DNA of 63,864 bases, counting the filler, from Octopus bimaculoides (lineage: Eukaryota), in assembly GCF_001194135.2 (NCBI RefSeq). It is 4 parts of 3 records of this genome, joined end to end, with 100 filler letters (N's around TTAATTAATTAA, not from the genome) between each part and the next. Parts side by side here need not be neighbours in the genome. Positions count along the whole stretch, not along the records: positions 20,386 to 50,029 come from NC_068989.1; 3 more parts are not named here. One strand, given 5' to 3'. Positions within the stretch are counted from its first letter, which is position 1. Every line of letters starts with the position of its first letter. Shown here piece by piece: positions 35,721 through 47,935 of this stretch. Under the pieces are notes generated by a model. That model was not told the DNA's origin, searched no databases, and saw nothing but the letters and a program-made list of their open reading frames with translations. The translations under genes were made by a program, and so were the position numbers.

Positions 35721-36127
35721 TTTTTCGTATTAATACTGCTTCCGTCGCTAACAACTAGTTTTTAATAAGTCTGCTGGCTATTTGCGACCACAGCGTCTGA
35801 AAAGATGCTGAAACTCTATTGTAGCAGCGATATTTGGCTGGAATGCAGTGACGGGTGTTTTCTACTACGGAAGTGGAGTAGACCGAAATCACATCATATA
35901 GGAATTTCGGCGTCCATGACAGGCGAATTTCGGCCGCTACTACGTATGTCCCAAGCCCCTATATGAGAGGATCTCTTAAGACTAATAACTCAGTAGTCGG
36001 TGTTCTTACAAAATATCCATATCAAGTTGGATATAAAAAGTACCTTATACATACATACATACATACATACATACACGTATGTATGTATGTATGTATGTAT
36101 GTATGTATGTATGTATGTATATTTATA

Positions 36128-36510
36128 GTAGAGGCTCAATGGCCCAGTGGTTAGGGCAGCGGACTCGCGGTCATAGGATCGCGGTTTCGATTCTCAGACC
36201 GGGCGTTGTGAGTGTTTATTGAGCGAAAACACCTAAAGCTCCACGAGGCTCCGGCAGGGGTTGGTGGCGAACCCTGCTGTACTCTTTCACCACAACTTTC
36301 TCTCACTCTTACTTCCTGTTTCTGTTGTGCCTGTAATTCAAAGGGTCAGCCTTGTCACACTGTGTCACGCTGAATATCCCCGAGAATTACGTTAAGGGTA
36401 CACGTGTCTGTGGAGTGCTCAGCCACTTGCACGTTAATTTCACGAGCAGGCTGTTCCGTTGATCGGATCAACTGGAACCCTCGACGTCGTAAGCGACGGA
36501 GTGCCAACAA
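36128..36510 (+). mobile_element. SINE family B, full length (about 380 bp)
   Basis: A/B-box head; body near-identical to 13608, 30964 and 12361; ends GACGGAGTGCCAACAA. Confidence 0.92.
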
Positions 36511-37104
36511 TGTATATTTATATATATTCACAGACACGTCGGCTAAATGAGAAAGTATTGAGATTTCAATACACAAGTAAAAATTAGAAACATTAAAAGA
36601 TGTACATTGTATTTGTATGGCTCTATTTGTACGCAATGGAATTTTATTTCTACTATTAATGCTTTTTAGAGTTACACAAAACATCCTTCATTTGTTAATT
36701 ACTCCATACATAGAAAATAAATATATGGCTAGTTTCGTTTTCTGAACACTCATCTCATGAGATTGATATGTTTGAAACTAAACCTGGATTTCTATAAGTT
36801 GTAAATGTTTTGTTTAGGTTCTCCGAGACATGCAATTTAGAGATAAAGACTTGTGTAAGCGCGCTCTGCAACTAGCACTATCATACTATTTCTCAATAGC
36901 AGTTAGTTTTCACATTATTTACTACCATTTACTGACTATATTCGCAGTGTTTGTCATATTATTTAAATTGTTAAAGTAGTCTAACATTAATGTAATACAT
37001 GGGTGTTAAAACAATAAAATATCGGAACATAGCTGGGTTTAATGAGGCTAGAGATTTAGCAGTTATTCTCAGTGTGTTTTAGTCTGGTTGAGCTTAGCGG
37101 GATG

Positions 37105-37219
37105 CCAACAATATCATAATGGTTATGTGCTAGTATGTGTTCCCAACGATATCATAATGGTTATGTGCTAGTATGTGTTCCCAACGATGTCATAATGGTT
37201 ATGTGCTTAATATGTGTTC
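37105..37219. repeat. 38-bp tandem repeat, 3 copies
   Basis: CCAAC(A/G)AT(A/G)TCATAATGGTTATGTGCT(A)..TATGTGTTC at 37105, 37143 and 37181. Confidence 0.92.
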
Positions 37220-37750
37220 AATATTGTTGTACATGGGTTTCAGTTTTCGAGTCCGCTTCTCTACATACTAACAAATATTGCGGCAGCGCCAAAATGTACT
37301 CCGTAAGGAATTTATATTTTTGTCTATACGTAGTCTTTGGATAAGTCCGTATGCGACTTCTGATGATGCAAAGAGTGCTGTTTTGTGTTCATAATTAGAA
37401 ACGCCGATAAAAACTTTCATTTTTGTATTAATGTTTATTTAAGCATATGAAGCCACTATCAGGTCATAAATTCTTATCAAGTAGTTTGAGTTCCTTGTCC
37501 CATGAATGCACACCACGAATAATATCCTAAACCATACAAAAGACTAGCAACATTCTTCAAGAGTAAAATACTATGGTACAGCCTCTTATCACAGAAATAT
37601 ACTTTTAATATTCCACTCGCCATATGAATAACTATAGCATTTTAATCACTCCATTTACTTGCTAAATGGAGCGATTCTTCAGTGACAATTCAGAATCGAA
37701 TGGTTCGAAAGTAAATATGAATATAATTAGAAATGCATAAAATAAGAAAT

Positions 37751-38000
37751 GTGGAGGCTCATAGCCCAATGGTCGAGGAATCTCGTGTTCGAATCCCAGA
37801 TCGGACGATGTGTGTGTTTATGAGCGAAACACCTAAGCTTCACGCGACTCCAATGGCGAACTTCTGATGACTCTTTCCCCACAACTTTCTCTCACTCTTT
37901 CCTCCTGCATCTAGCAGTTCACCTGAGACAGACCGGCGTCCCGTCCAGGTGTAGAACCTATACGCCAATGGAACCGGGAAACCGGCTCTTATGAGCAAAA
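37751..38000 (+). mobile_element. SINE with family-B 5' half and family-C-like 3' tail
   Basis: GAGCGAAACACCTAAGC...CACAACTTTCTCTCACTCTT, then GACCGGCGTCCCGTCCAGG...ATACGCCAATGGAACCGGGAAACCGG. Confidence 0.7.
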
Positions 38001-38586
38001 ACAAAATAAGAAATACGGCTCCTGAAATTATTTCAGAATGTCGTGTTCGAAAGTTAGTGTTGTTAGACACACATAGCAGTTAGTGGGTTGTTCTCTGCAG
38101 AACAGCTTTTCAAAGAAAAAGAATCATTTCTCGGCATTGACGTATAACCACGGTGGATTGTTGTGGGTTGTGTGAAATATTAGAATATTCATACATGCGA
38201 GATGGATCAATTTCATGGAAAGAAATAACGCAAAATAATCTTTTTGTTATCTAGAAATTAAATTTTCTGAAGAAAAAAATTCCCAGATAATAACGGTTAA
38301 ATAACAACAGTAAAAAATATATGGAAAAGCATTTCCTAACAAAATATCTAGAATAAAAGAAATTATAAAGTTTATAACTCAATTGAAACAACATACATTT
38401 CTGAAATTAGATTCCTTCTGTAAGTATTTACAGAGCAGTTTTACATCTTTTCGTGATCCGTGTGCAAACAATTTTTTTTTAACCTTTTTCATTCTCCCTA
38501 AGGTTCTACTTCAAATATGCTGATCTAAAGATAATAGTTATGTCTTTTGTAAATTCTGTCTGTAAATTGTATTTGTTATTATCCAG

Positions 38587-38663
38587 GATGTGCACTTTAA
38601 TAGAATGTATCCTCAGTTTTTCTGTTTTATCAACTATCGATGTGACAGAGTTTTAGAAAGCAG
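38587..38663 (+). CDS. Candidate exon (DVHFNRMYPQFFCFINYRCDRVLES), coding status uncertain
   Basis: ATTTGTTATTATCCAG acceptor and consensus CAG|GTAAGT donor; 77 nt; one open frame. Confidence 0.35.
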
Positions 38664-38893
38664 GTAAGTTTCTTACAAACAATGCTTTTTAAAAAGAACA
38701 ACTTTATGTCCTACAATTACTTTAACAAATTCATAAAATGTACCAATAATATTGTGCAGAATTTATGAAAAAATATAATTTTGAGGAAACTGATCAGATA
38801 AAAATGTGTTGTGAACAAAGAAAGACCAACCAAACAATATTTTAATATGTTAGTCAGATCTTTTTCTTACAAGAAATCAATGTTCCACATATA

Positions 38894-39804
38894 CGAGATG
38901 CTATCAAAAAGTTCCCGTAATAGTTATGTTTAATAAAAAAAACAACTTATTTAATGAAGTTTTAGCATCATCTCCTTCGAAATAGTCACCTTGCGCAGCA
39001 GTACACTGGTCCCAAGGTTCCTGCCGCTTTTGGAATCCGCCCTGGAAGTCATTTTTCCGTAAGCGTGTCGAGGACCTTCTGCGATTCACTCTTGATCTCG
39101 ACAACGGTGTTAACACTACCTTTAAGCTGCATTTTCATCTTAGGGAAGAGATGGAAATATGTAGGCGTTAATTCTGGTGAAGAGGGCTGGTGCGGGAGTG
39201 ATACCATGTTATTTTGGGCGAGAAACTCACAAGTGAGGAGAGCTAGGTGACAGGGTGCAATGTGTCATGAAGAACCCAATTCTTCACGCTCCACAGATCC
39301 GGTCACTTTCGCTGAATGTCCTGAAACGTTTCTAAATGTCGCAGAAGAACTCTCGATTGGCAGTCTGGCCCTGGATGATAAATATTTTCAATGCAGAACA
39401 CCGCGGATGTCATAAAAAACGATGAGCATACTCTTGATTGAGTTTCGGCACTGGTGTGTCTCTTGAAGCGCCCGTGGCACTCGAAACATTGCGTGCGACC
39501 CATTGCCTCGTTTCCGTAAGCTTGCCCAAGCATGCTCAGTGTCTCTGTAGCAGACTTACCAAGCTTAACGTAAAAGTTTACATTGGCTTTGTTCCAACTG
39601 CCTGTCCATGACAAAAATTGCAGACTACAGCATACATATGATCACAAAAACACAAATTCCACAACTTGCGAAGTAAATACAACAATGTCACTCGGCACAC
39701 ATCTTCGTGAAGGTTACTGCTAGTACTCACTGCACACGCAACCGTGTGCTGCCATATGTTGGCGCGCTACAGAAGTAGTCCGAGAATTTTTAAATACTAC
39801 CTCC
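38894..39804 (-). mobile_element. Internally deleted mariner with both TIRs
   Basis: TA-flanked TIRs. KLGKSATETLSMLGQAYGNEAM N-terminus fused to KSMLIVFYD, HQPSSPELTPTYFHLFPKMK (YSPDL-like) and QGDYFEGD C-terminal motifs. Confidence 0.92.
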
Positions 39805-40860
39805 TATTTGTGGTATAGTGATAGTACAGATATTTATAATAGAGTAAATCTATTCCTAGATTTTAAAACCCACAAGATCCTATCAACTAGGAATTTCTAC
39901 AGAAACAAAGACTCATTTTTCAAAGAAAACACAGAAAAACAGACTTTAGATTATCCCAGATATCTTTTTCGTGCCGTACCTCCTACACAACAGCAGCACC
40001 AAAAATGAAAAATATACAAATGAAGTGTTAAAATGAGAAGAACAAAATAATGAGACAGAAACGGATTCCTTGCGTAGTATTCTCTTCTCTATGACTTACC
40101 ATGCGACCCCAGAATTGTTGAACTGGCATGACTCGGCACAGCTCTAACACTCTGCATACCAAACAAGAGAGTTGTATAGGTGTTTCCGGTAAATTTGAGT
40201 TTCTCGCTAGCATTGAAATAAAGTATAGCCTGATTTGGACATGTGGTTGTTACATTACATTGAATTTCGAAGGCTAGGCATTTACAATCCATAAGATAGC
40301 TTCAAAAACACCAGCTAAATGAAATGATACTGAAGCCTTTTAAACTGTCAAATGTAACAATTTTATGTAATATATTGCACGTGATTAGCACCTACCCAAA
40401 AATGTCATTCAAGTGCTACTTTCCAAAGTTGAATGATGTTACTAGAATAATTTACCGTACCACACATAAGAAAGACTACCTTGAGTAAATACAGAAAATA
40501 TTTGTTGTTCAGTATGTGCCTTTCAACACATGAATTCCCATCAATGCTTCCGACAAGCAAACATAACAGACGTGATATAGTTCTTTGGGACAGAAAAGGA
40601 ACATATATACGTGCGTGCGTGTATATATATATATATATATNNNNNNNNNNGTGTTTGCACACTTATATAGGTTAGCCGCTAGCAGATGTGAAATTTCTTT
40701 CAAAACCAGTGAGAAAGAGAATATTTACGGAAAACTATTTCGAAATATACAGGTTCTTTTCGTTGATTATGCTAATAACTGTCTAAGTAGTAATCATGGA
40801 AAGCTAGAATCTATTTGTATATCTAGGATACAAGTTTTCCATTGTGAATAAGCAAGTATA

Positions 40861-41782
40861 CGAGGTCTGATCAATAAGTATCCGGACTGTTGTCATAATA
40901 ACGAAGCTAAAGTACGCAGTGTGAAGCTGCTTGGCACAGATTGACCCCGATCTCTGTTATATATGTGCACTAAGTTTTAACGTTTTAGCTCACTTCCGTT
41001 GTTTACAACAGTTCTTGTAAGTAACGTGTATAACGTGTGACCGTCGCATTGACAATGACAGAAAGTTGAGCAGAGAATCTGCATCAAATTTTTCCAAAAG
41101 TTTGGCGATGCTTGCTCAGAGGCCTACGCAAAGTTGCAGAAAGTGTATGGAGAGGAGTTTGTGAGTAGTATACAAGTGTACGAGAAGTTAAAACGTTGCC
41201 AACATGACCAAACAAATTTCGATAGTGACGAACGTTCTGGGAGACTCGCAACCAGCAGAACTGAGAAACATCGCAGATGTGCGCGCAGCTGAGAAGGGGA
41301 AATCGTCGAATTACCATCCATGGGTTATCAGAGGATGTGCAGATTAGTTACAGTTCAGTTCAGTCTATTTTCACTGTAGATTTGGGTATGAGACGTGTGT
41401 CTGCCAAGTTTGTGTCAAAACTACTTCAGCTGACCAAAAAGACACTTGAGTTTCATTTGCACAAAATCTCCTTGATTGTGTCGAGAACGATGAAAACTTT
41501 TTGAAACCTTTGCGTAGGCCTCTGAGCAGGTATCACCAAGCATTTGGCAAAATTTGACGCAGATTCTCTGCTCATCTTTCTCCGTCATGGTCAATGTGAT
41601 AAACATACGCTACACACGTCACTTCCAAGCACTACTGTAAACAGCGGAAGTGAGGTAGAACGTTAAAACTTAGTGCGCATGCACAATAGAGTTCAAGGTC
41701 AATCTGTGCCAAATGGTTTTACTTTGTGTGCTTTAGCTTCGTTACTATGGTAACAGTCCGTATACTTATTGATCAGACCATG
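40861..41782 (+). mobile_element. Foldback mariner derivative (5' end duplicated in inverse)
   Basis: Arms of about 275 bp (40861-41133 and 41508-41782). Transposase N-terminus EQRICVKF..LG...SEAYAK and NRRITIHGLSEDVQISYSSVQSIFTVDLGMRRVSAKFVSKLL. Confidence 0.92.
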
Positions 41783-42093
41783 TGCTGTTGAGACATTGGT
41801 AATAAAGTTAAATAATTTAAAGTTGTATAACCAGGTTTGATGGTATTTTGGAAGTTATTTATATAGTTTCTTAACTAGCAGGTTAGAATGGTGACATTAA
41901 CTACATTCGTTAAACATTTATAACCTATGCACATTATGTGGACTTTTCAACACAACAAAAATAGAAACATGGTAAAACCTAGAATCCGTTGTAAATGTTG
42001 GTAGCTTTTGTCAGCTGCAATAACGAAGGAGAGTTTACCTTGAGGTGAGAACAATCTGTCACAGATCTTTGTCCTTCATTTGAGAGTGAAAGG

Positions 42094-42193
<100 letters not shown>

Positions 42194-42254
42194 TTGAACA
42201 GCAGCTACTCTGGTGCATCACCTTGCGGGATGAGTTGAAAAAAATCGAGTCCAG

Positions 42255-42365
42255 CGCTTATTTTAATTCTGGTTCTATTTTCTATCGGTCTCTTTTACTG
42301 AACCCCTGGTTTACAGGAGCGTAAATAAAACTACACCGATTGTCAAAGGATGGTAGGAGGGACAA
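42255..42365 (-). mobile_element. SINE family A, 3' fragment
   Basis: TTCTATCGGTCTCTTTTACTGAACC...GATTGTCAAAGGATGGT. Confidence 0.65.
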
Positions 42366-42421
42366 ACAAACACACGCAGTTACATAAAATACACACACAC
42401 ACACACACACACATACACACA

Positions 42422-42483
<62 letters not shown>

Positions 42484-43027
42484 TAGATAGNNNNNNNNNN
42501 GATAGATAGATACAATCATACAATCATACATACATACACACATACATACATACATACATACATACATACATACATACATACATACATACATACACATGCG
42601 TCAAGTCATATCTTGTGTATATATGCGTAAAGTTAGTAGTGTAATCATATCGACTACACTTGGACGTGAGAAAACCTTTCGCTGTGGAAATATTCTCCTC
42701 CTAGAAAACGTCTGAAAGCACATTGGGATATAAATGACGTCAGTAGCTCATAGGATATATGCGTTTTTTGCGTTGTTACGCGTCATAAACCACGAATACC
42801 AAATCTTTGTTTCGGTACTGGTAAAGGACGAACAGTTCTTGAATTAGAACAGCAAACAGTACTCTACATTTGCTGAAAGCTGCTTTAAATAACAGAAGCG
42901 TATCAAGCTGTAGGCACATCATTTAGCAGAATCATCTCCGTCTACAATCGATGTAGAAGAGATATCTCCGACAGTTTGTGGCCACAGGCGCGCTCGATCT
43001 CGTCTGTTTGTAGTTTCTTTTTGTCAG

Positions 43028-43054
43028 ACACATAACTAAGAGAGACGCAAGACA
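43028..43054 (+). CDS. Candidate 27-nt microexon (HITKRDAR)
   Basis: TTTCTTTTTGTCAG acceptor and ACA|GTAAGA donor; only phase 2 is open, which is compatible with 38663. Confidence 0.25.
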
Positions 43055-43574
43055 GTAAGACATTTTCTTATCGATTCCTTCAATATTTTAGTCTTACTAG
43101 TGCCTATATGCTTCCATCTTCCTTCTATTATTCTCGCCAAGACATTGTATAATTTTTGTTCTAATGAAAAGCTACAAAAACAAAAGACACTGCTTAATCT
43201 GTGAGACGTCACACTAACTTGCTATCAAATATTCTAATAGAAAAACAAAATAATTGCTATTTTGCTGAAAGTGCAGAAATACATTTTCTGTGAAATGTAT
43301 ACGAAACTTCTGCTATAAGGCAGGAGACAGATACATCTTTGTTTCTATGTATGTATATGTGCGCACACACACACGCACGCACACACACACACACACATAC
43401 ACACACTCATATATATATACACCCACATCATGTACGTATATACATACATACATACATACATACATAGTAGACTTACTTGTAAAATAGGACGTGTGCGTTC
43501 AATAATGTAATAATACAAAGAATATATATACATGTATACACACATATATGTACATACTTACATCTACATGTGTA

Positions 43575-43710
43575 TACACATGCATATCAGGGTACAGGAC
43601 GTTGGAACAATAAACTACAGACAACGGAACGAACACATAGGAAAACGGAAAGCCCCTTGGAATATCCCTTCATCAGCTGTCTCTATTCTATCTAGACGTT
43701 TCGAAGACCA
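43575..43710 (-). mobile_element. Dispersed repeat related to 18870-19130
   Basis: Shared CCCTTCATCAGCTG...CGTTTCGAAG block. Confidence 0.45.
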
Positions 43711-44251
43711 GACAGCATACATATATACATGTATGTGTGTGTCTTAGTAAAACTTGTAAATATGTATGTGTACGTATATATATATATATATGTATATGTA
43801 TATTTATATATGTATATATATATATATTTATATATGTATATATATATATACTTATATACGTATATATACACATATATACATGTGTGTGTGTGTGTGTGTA
43901 CATTATGTACATATANNNNNNNNNNNNNNNNNNNNNNNNNNNNNNNNNNNNNNNNNNNNNNNNNNNNNNNNNNNNNNNNNNNNNNNNNNNNNNNNNNNNN
44001 NNNNNNNNNNNNNNNNNNNNNNNNNNNNNNNNNNNNNNNNNNNNNNNNNNNNNNNNNNNNNNNNNNNNNNNNNNNNNNNNNNNNNNNNNNNNNNNNNNNN
44101 NNNNNNNNNNNNNNNNNNNNNNNNNNNNNNNNNNNNNNNNNNNNNNNNNNNNNNNNNNNNNNNNNNNNNNNNNNNNNNNNNNNNNNNNNNNNNNNNNNNN
44201 NNNNNNNNNNNNNNNNNNNNNNNNNNNNNNNNNNNNNNNNNNNNNNNNNNN

Positions 44252-44301
<50 letters not shown>

Positions 44302-44531
44302 CATATACACACCTTTCGTTTTTAAGAACGAAGAAAAACTCAACGTAAAGTGAAGTAAAATATATCATCGGCTGAGAATGCCATAATAGTTACTTTTCGT
44401 TTCAGAGCATTTATCAAACTTTAAAATGAATTTCTTTTGGGTAGATTTGTACTTTGAAAAACGAAACTCTAAACATCGTGTAACCTGCGAAATATTTTTA
44501 AGCAATAACAAATTATGAAATACATACATAC

Positions 44532-44584
<53 letters not shown>

Positions 44585-44652
44585 AAGATACATACATACA
44601 TACATACATACATACACACATACATACATACATACATACATACATACATACA

Positions 44653-44687
<35 letters not shown>

Positions 44688-45192
44688 GTATATACGTGTG
44701 TGTGCATGACTGCGTGTGTTTCCTCCGGGAAGAAGGTCACTTTACTATATTGAGGTTATTGGCAGACACATACAGCAAAGTGAGGATCTTCCTCTAAAGC
44801 GAAAGGAGGGCAGAGATTCCTGGCGCAGTGAGGAATCTTTGGCGCAGTGAAGATGTGAGACAAATCTTTAGCAGCCGCTGGATAAAGTAGAATGTACATT
44901 TGATTTGATTTAGCAATGTTTATTTAGTTACATCTTATCTTTTGAATACCCACATGCAACACACCCACACGCGTACACACGCACATATATATATGTTTAT
45001 ATGTGTATACATATATACATACTTCCATACATACATACATACATACATACATACATACATGCATGCATACATACGAAGGAGCCTTGAATCTAGGTTAGAA
45101 ACCGGCTCTTTCTGTATTGGCAAGAAATTTTGAAATAAAACTGAAAAATGACATAGATNNNNNNNNNNNNNNNNNNNNNNNNNNNNNNNNNN

Positions 45193-45231
<39 letters not shown>

Positions 45232-45750
45232 GTATATGTATGTATGTATGTATGGATGGATGGATAGATGGATGGATGGATGTGTCTACATGTTTGTGTG
45301 TGTATGTGTGTATGTGTACTTCTATGTATTAAAGAATACAGAATATACTCTGCCTCTCATACACACGGCATGCTATTAATTAGATGGTTCGGTACAGATT
45401 TCAGATCTGCCCCAGCTAGTTTGTAGGACGAAGCTGGGGTAGTTGTAACCGTTATAGATGGGACGATGTAACTGTCATCTTGAGATCAGGGCAAACAGTT
45501 TTCTAGCATGGCCCTTGCCTTATCTAAAATAAACTAAAGAACTAAAAACGCACAGAGATGATATATTTGCACATATTCTTACAAACAACTCGCAGAGATC
45601 AATGAGATGCATTTTGTGCATTACTCATGGTGGCAACATTTGTTAAACTACCGCATGACGCATAAAAGCAATAAGTGATTGAGAGACTATAGACCGTTCG
45701 GTTTAATCCTTACCATTTGGCCTTTGTCTGTTTTAAACAGAGTTTACTCT

Positions 45751-45992
45751 ACATTATTTACATTATTTACATTTGACGGATATTTGTCCTCATCTTGTTT
45801 GTTGTTAACACAACGTTTCGGCTGATATACCCTCCAAGCCTTCGTCAGGTGTCTTGGGGAAATTTCGAACCTGGGTTCTCATTCCCAACGATGTTACTAT
45901 TATTAACAACAAACAAGATGAGGACAAATATCCGTCAAATGTAAATAATGTAAATAATGTAAATAATTCCTCATCTCTTAAATATAGAACTG
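45751..45992. mobile_element. Foldback insertion of the hammerhead-bearing element with 13-bp TSD
   Basis: TSD CAGAGTTTACTCT at 45738-45750 and 45993-46005. Internal inverted repeat of about 57 bp (TTTGACGGATATTTGTCCTCATCTTGTTTGTTGTTAA and its reverse complement). Confidence 0.9.
45807..45853 (-). ncRNA. Minimal type I hammerhead ribozyme, second copy
   Basis: GACAC-CTGACGA-A-GGCT[TGGAGGGTATATC]AGCC-GAAACGTT-GTGTT. The only core difference from 33393 is at the variable position N7. Confidence 0.8.
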
Positions 45993-47809
45993 CAGAGTTT
46001 ACTCTGTTGTGTGCTTTGAGAACACGATGTCCATTTTGGTCGGAGATAGGTCGATATTTTAATGAATCGTTTTAGTTACCGACCCTTGTCTTACATTGCA
46101 TCATTGTTTGTCAGAGCTTACGAGTGGAAGTGATTTTCTAGGAGAATCTCTATTTCTACCTCCGGCTAGATATGACAGGTTGTAAGTCTCGTTAGTAACT
46201 TTTTTCAGTAACTGCCCATAGCCACCGAATTCTTCCAGCTAAGTTATAGTGATTGAATTAATGATCAGCAACGATCAATGAGCTACCACCTCTTCCTTCT
46301 TTCTATCGCCAGTTTCCGTCCAGTGCTACTATAGTTGTGGTTTTGATCTTTTTGCTTTCATATTGCGATATATTGAAAATCAAATGGTTGCTCATAGACC
46401 ATGAGAATCATAGCAGTCTAAAATTATAATTATATACAGACTGAAAATTAACAAACTACTGTCGTAGACGAAAGTAAGGATGACGACAAAAATGGTGCTC
46501 TTCAGTAAATCAGTTAAAAGATTGTTCTTATTGCAGTTATTTAACCTTCAGCTAGCCTTGTACAGGTAAACCTGTAATCAAAACCATTCTAGCTGTGACT
46601 AATACGTATTTTCCCAATTATTCAACGTCTTTTTTTTATATAACTTAAGGTATGATTTGATAGAGATATGGCTCCTATTTCTAACAGGTTGAGCGTCTAC
46701 GTAGAACCTTTCTCAATGTTTCGTTTGCTTGAAGATGAAGTGAGCCAGCTGACTCAGCATGAGCCTATAAGCTGGAGAATATAAATGCGAGAGAGAGCTT
46801 GACTTGAACAGTAAGAGTAACTTTACATCTACAACGATTCCTTGATTGGCTTTATGTGGTTTCTTCCTGAATCGGAACCTCTTGCTTCATTCTTTTTTTA
46901 TACTTTTATTTGTCATGCCCGCTGATTATTTTTTTTGCTTAATCGATTACGCGTAAGCCGTTTTTCTAACTTTTCCAACTTTTCCTTCTAATGCACTCTC
47001 ATATGTTGCCCCGGTGGCAAATAACGAAAGCACCCTCTCCAAATTTCTCTGATCGCATTAATACCGTCGCTCCGAAATATACACTGGTTTCCATAATGTT
47101 CTCTTATGAACATTGAAAGAGTGTTTAAACTTTTGAGAGTCTACTCTGAATTCAGGAAGCACGGTTATTTATCTCAGTCGTCTTGCATTTAATGTATGTC
47201 AACAAGTTTGACTACTGAAGCAGCGATTATAACCGTAGTATCCGAAATTTAAATCTGCCGTTGGCCTTGGAAATACATTTACTCACCAAAGCGTAAAAGT
47301 TATTTTATCCAAAGATTTTTCAAAAGAAATGTAATAAGAAATGTGTAAGTGTTAAAGCTCTTAATAGCAGTAATACTATGGTGCAACACAGCAGTGAATG
47401 GGGGAAAAACAGTAAAAACAACAAGAACGGCGACGAAGGTAGCAAAACGACCACTGCTAACAACAACAGAAGCATTACCAACAACAGCGACAGAAACGAC
47501 AAAAAGAAGAAAATACTGAAACGGCAGAGAGAAAACATTATTAATCATGACAAGACTAACAGCAAAAATTGAGAATGTCAGTGAAAAGACGAAGAAAGCA
47601 AGTAAGGCCACCAACACTATCATCATCGCCAGCATTATCAAAAGTACCACAAAAAATACACTATATGAGAAAAAATAGCAACAGCAATAACAAAAAGAAC
47701 ATTAGAACCAAGAAATGTGACTCAACAACATCTGCACTGACAGTTACCCCTGTTCAAAAGTGAACATATGAAACGTTATATAAAATCCCTGTGATGACAG
47801 CGTTTCCAG

Positions 47810-47935
47810 AGAACTAGCTGAATCGTTTACTGAGAAGTACAATCAATTACAGGCGGATAGACGCTTAAGCATAAACGGTAAAATACCCGAGAGACATGTT
47901 GAGAGCCACTCAGCTCCTCGAAAAAGCAAAACGAT
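47810..47935 (+). CDS. Candidate internal exon (ELAESFTEKYNQLQADRRLSINGKIPERHVESHSAPRKSKT)
   Basis: The frame opens just after an upstream TAA and closes one codon after the GAT|GTGAGA donor; 126 nt, phase 2-2. Alternative acceptor at 47801 and alternative donor after 47877. The pyrimidine tract is weak. Confidence 0.4.

Noticed and set aside
37266-37354. TACTAAC plus two microexon-like segments (37287-37302 and 37334-37348)
   Set aside because: The first is 16 nt, the implied intron is only 31 nt, and there is no independent support.
47300-47763. N/K/T-rich ORFs and a hydrophobic antisense ORF
   Set aside because: This is degenerate (AAC)n sequence with stops in every plus frame; the hydrophobic ORF is the expected antisense read-out.
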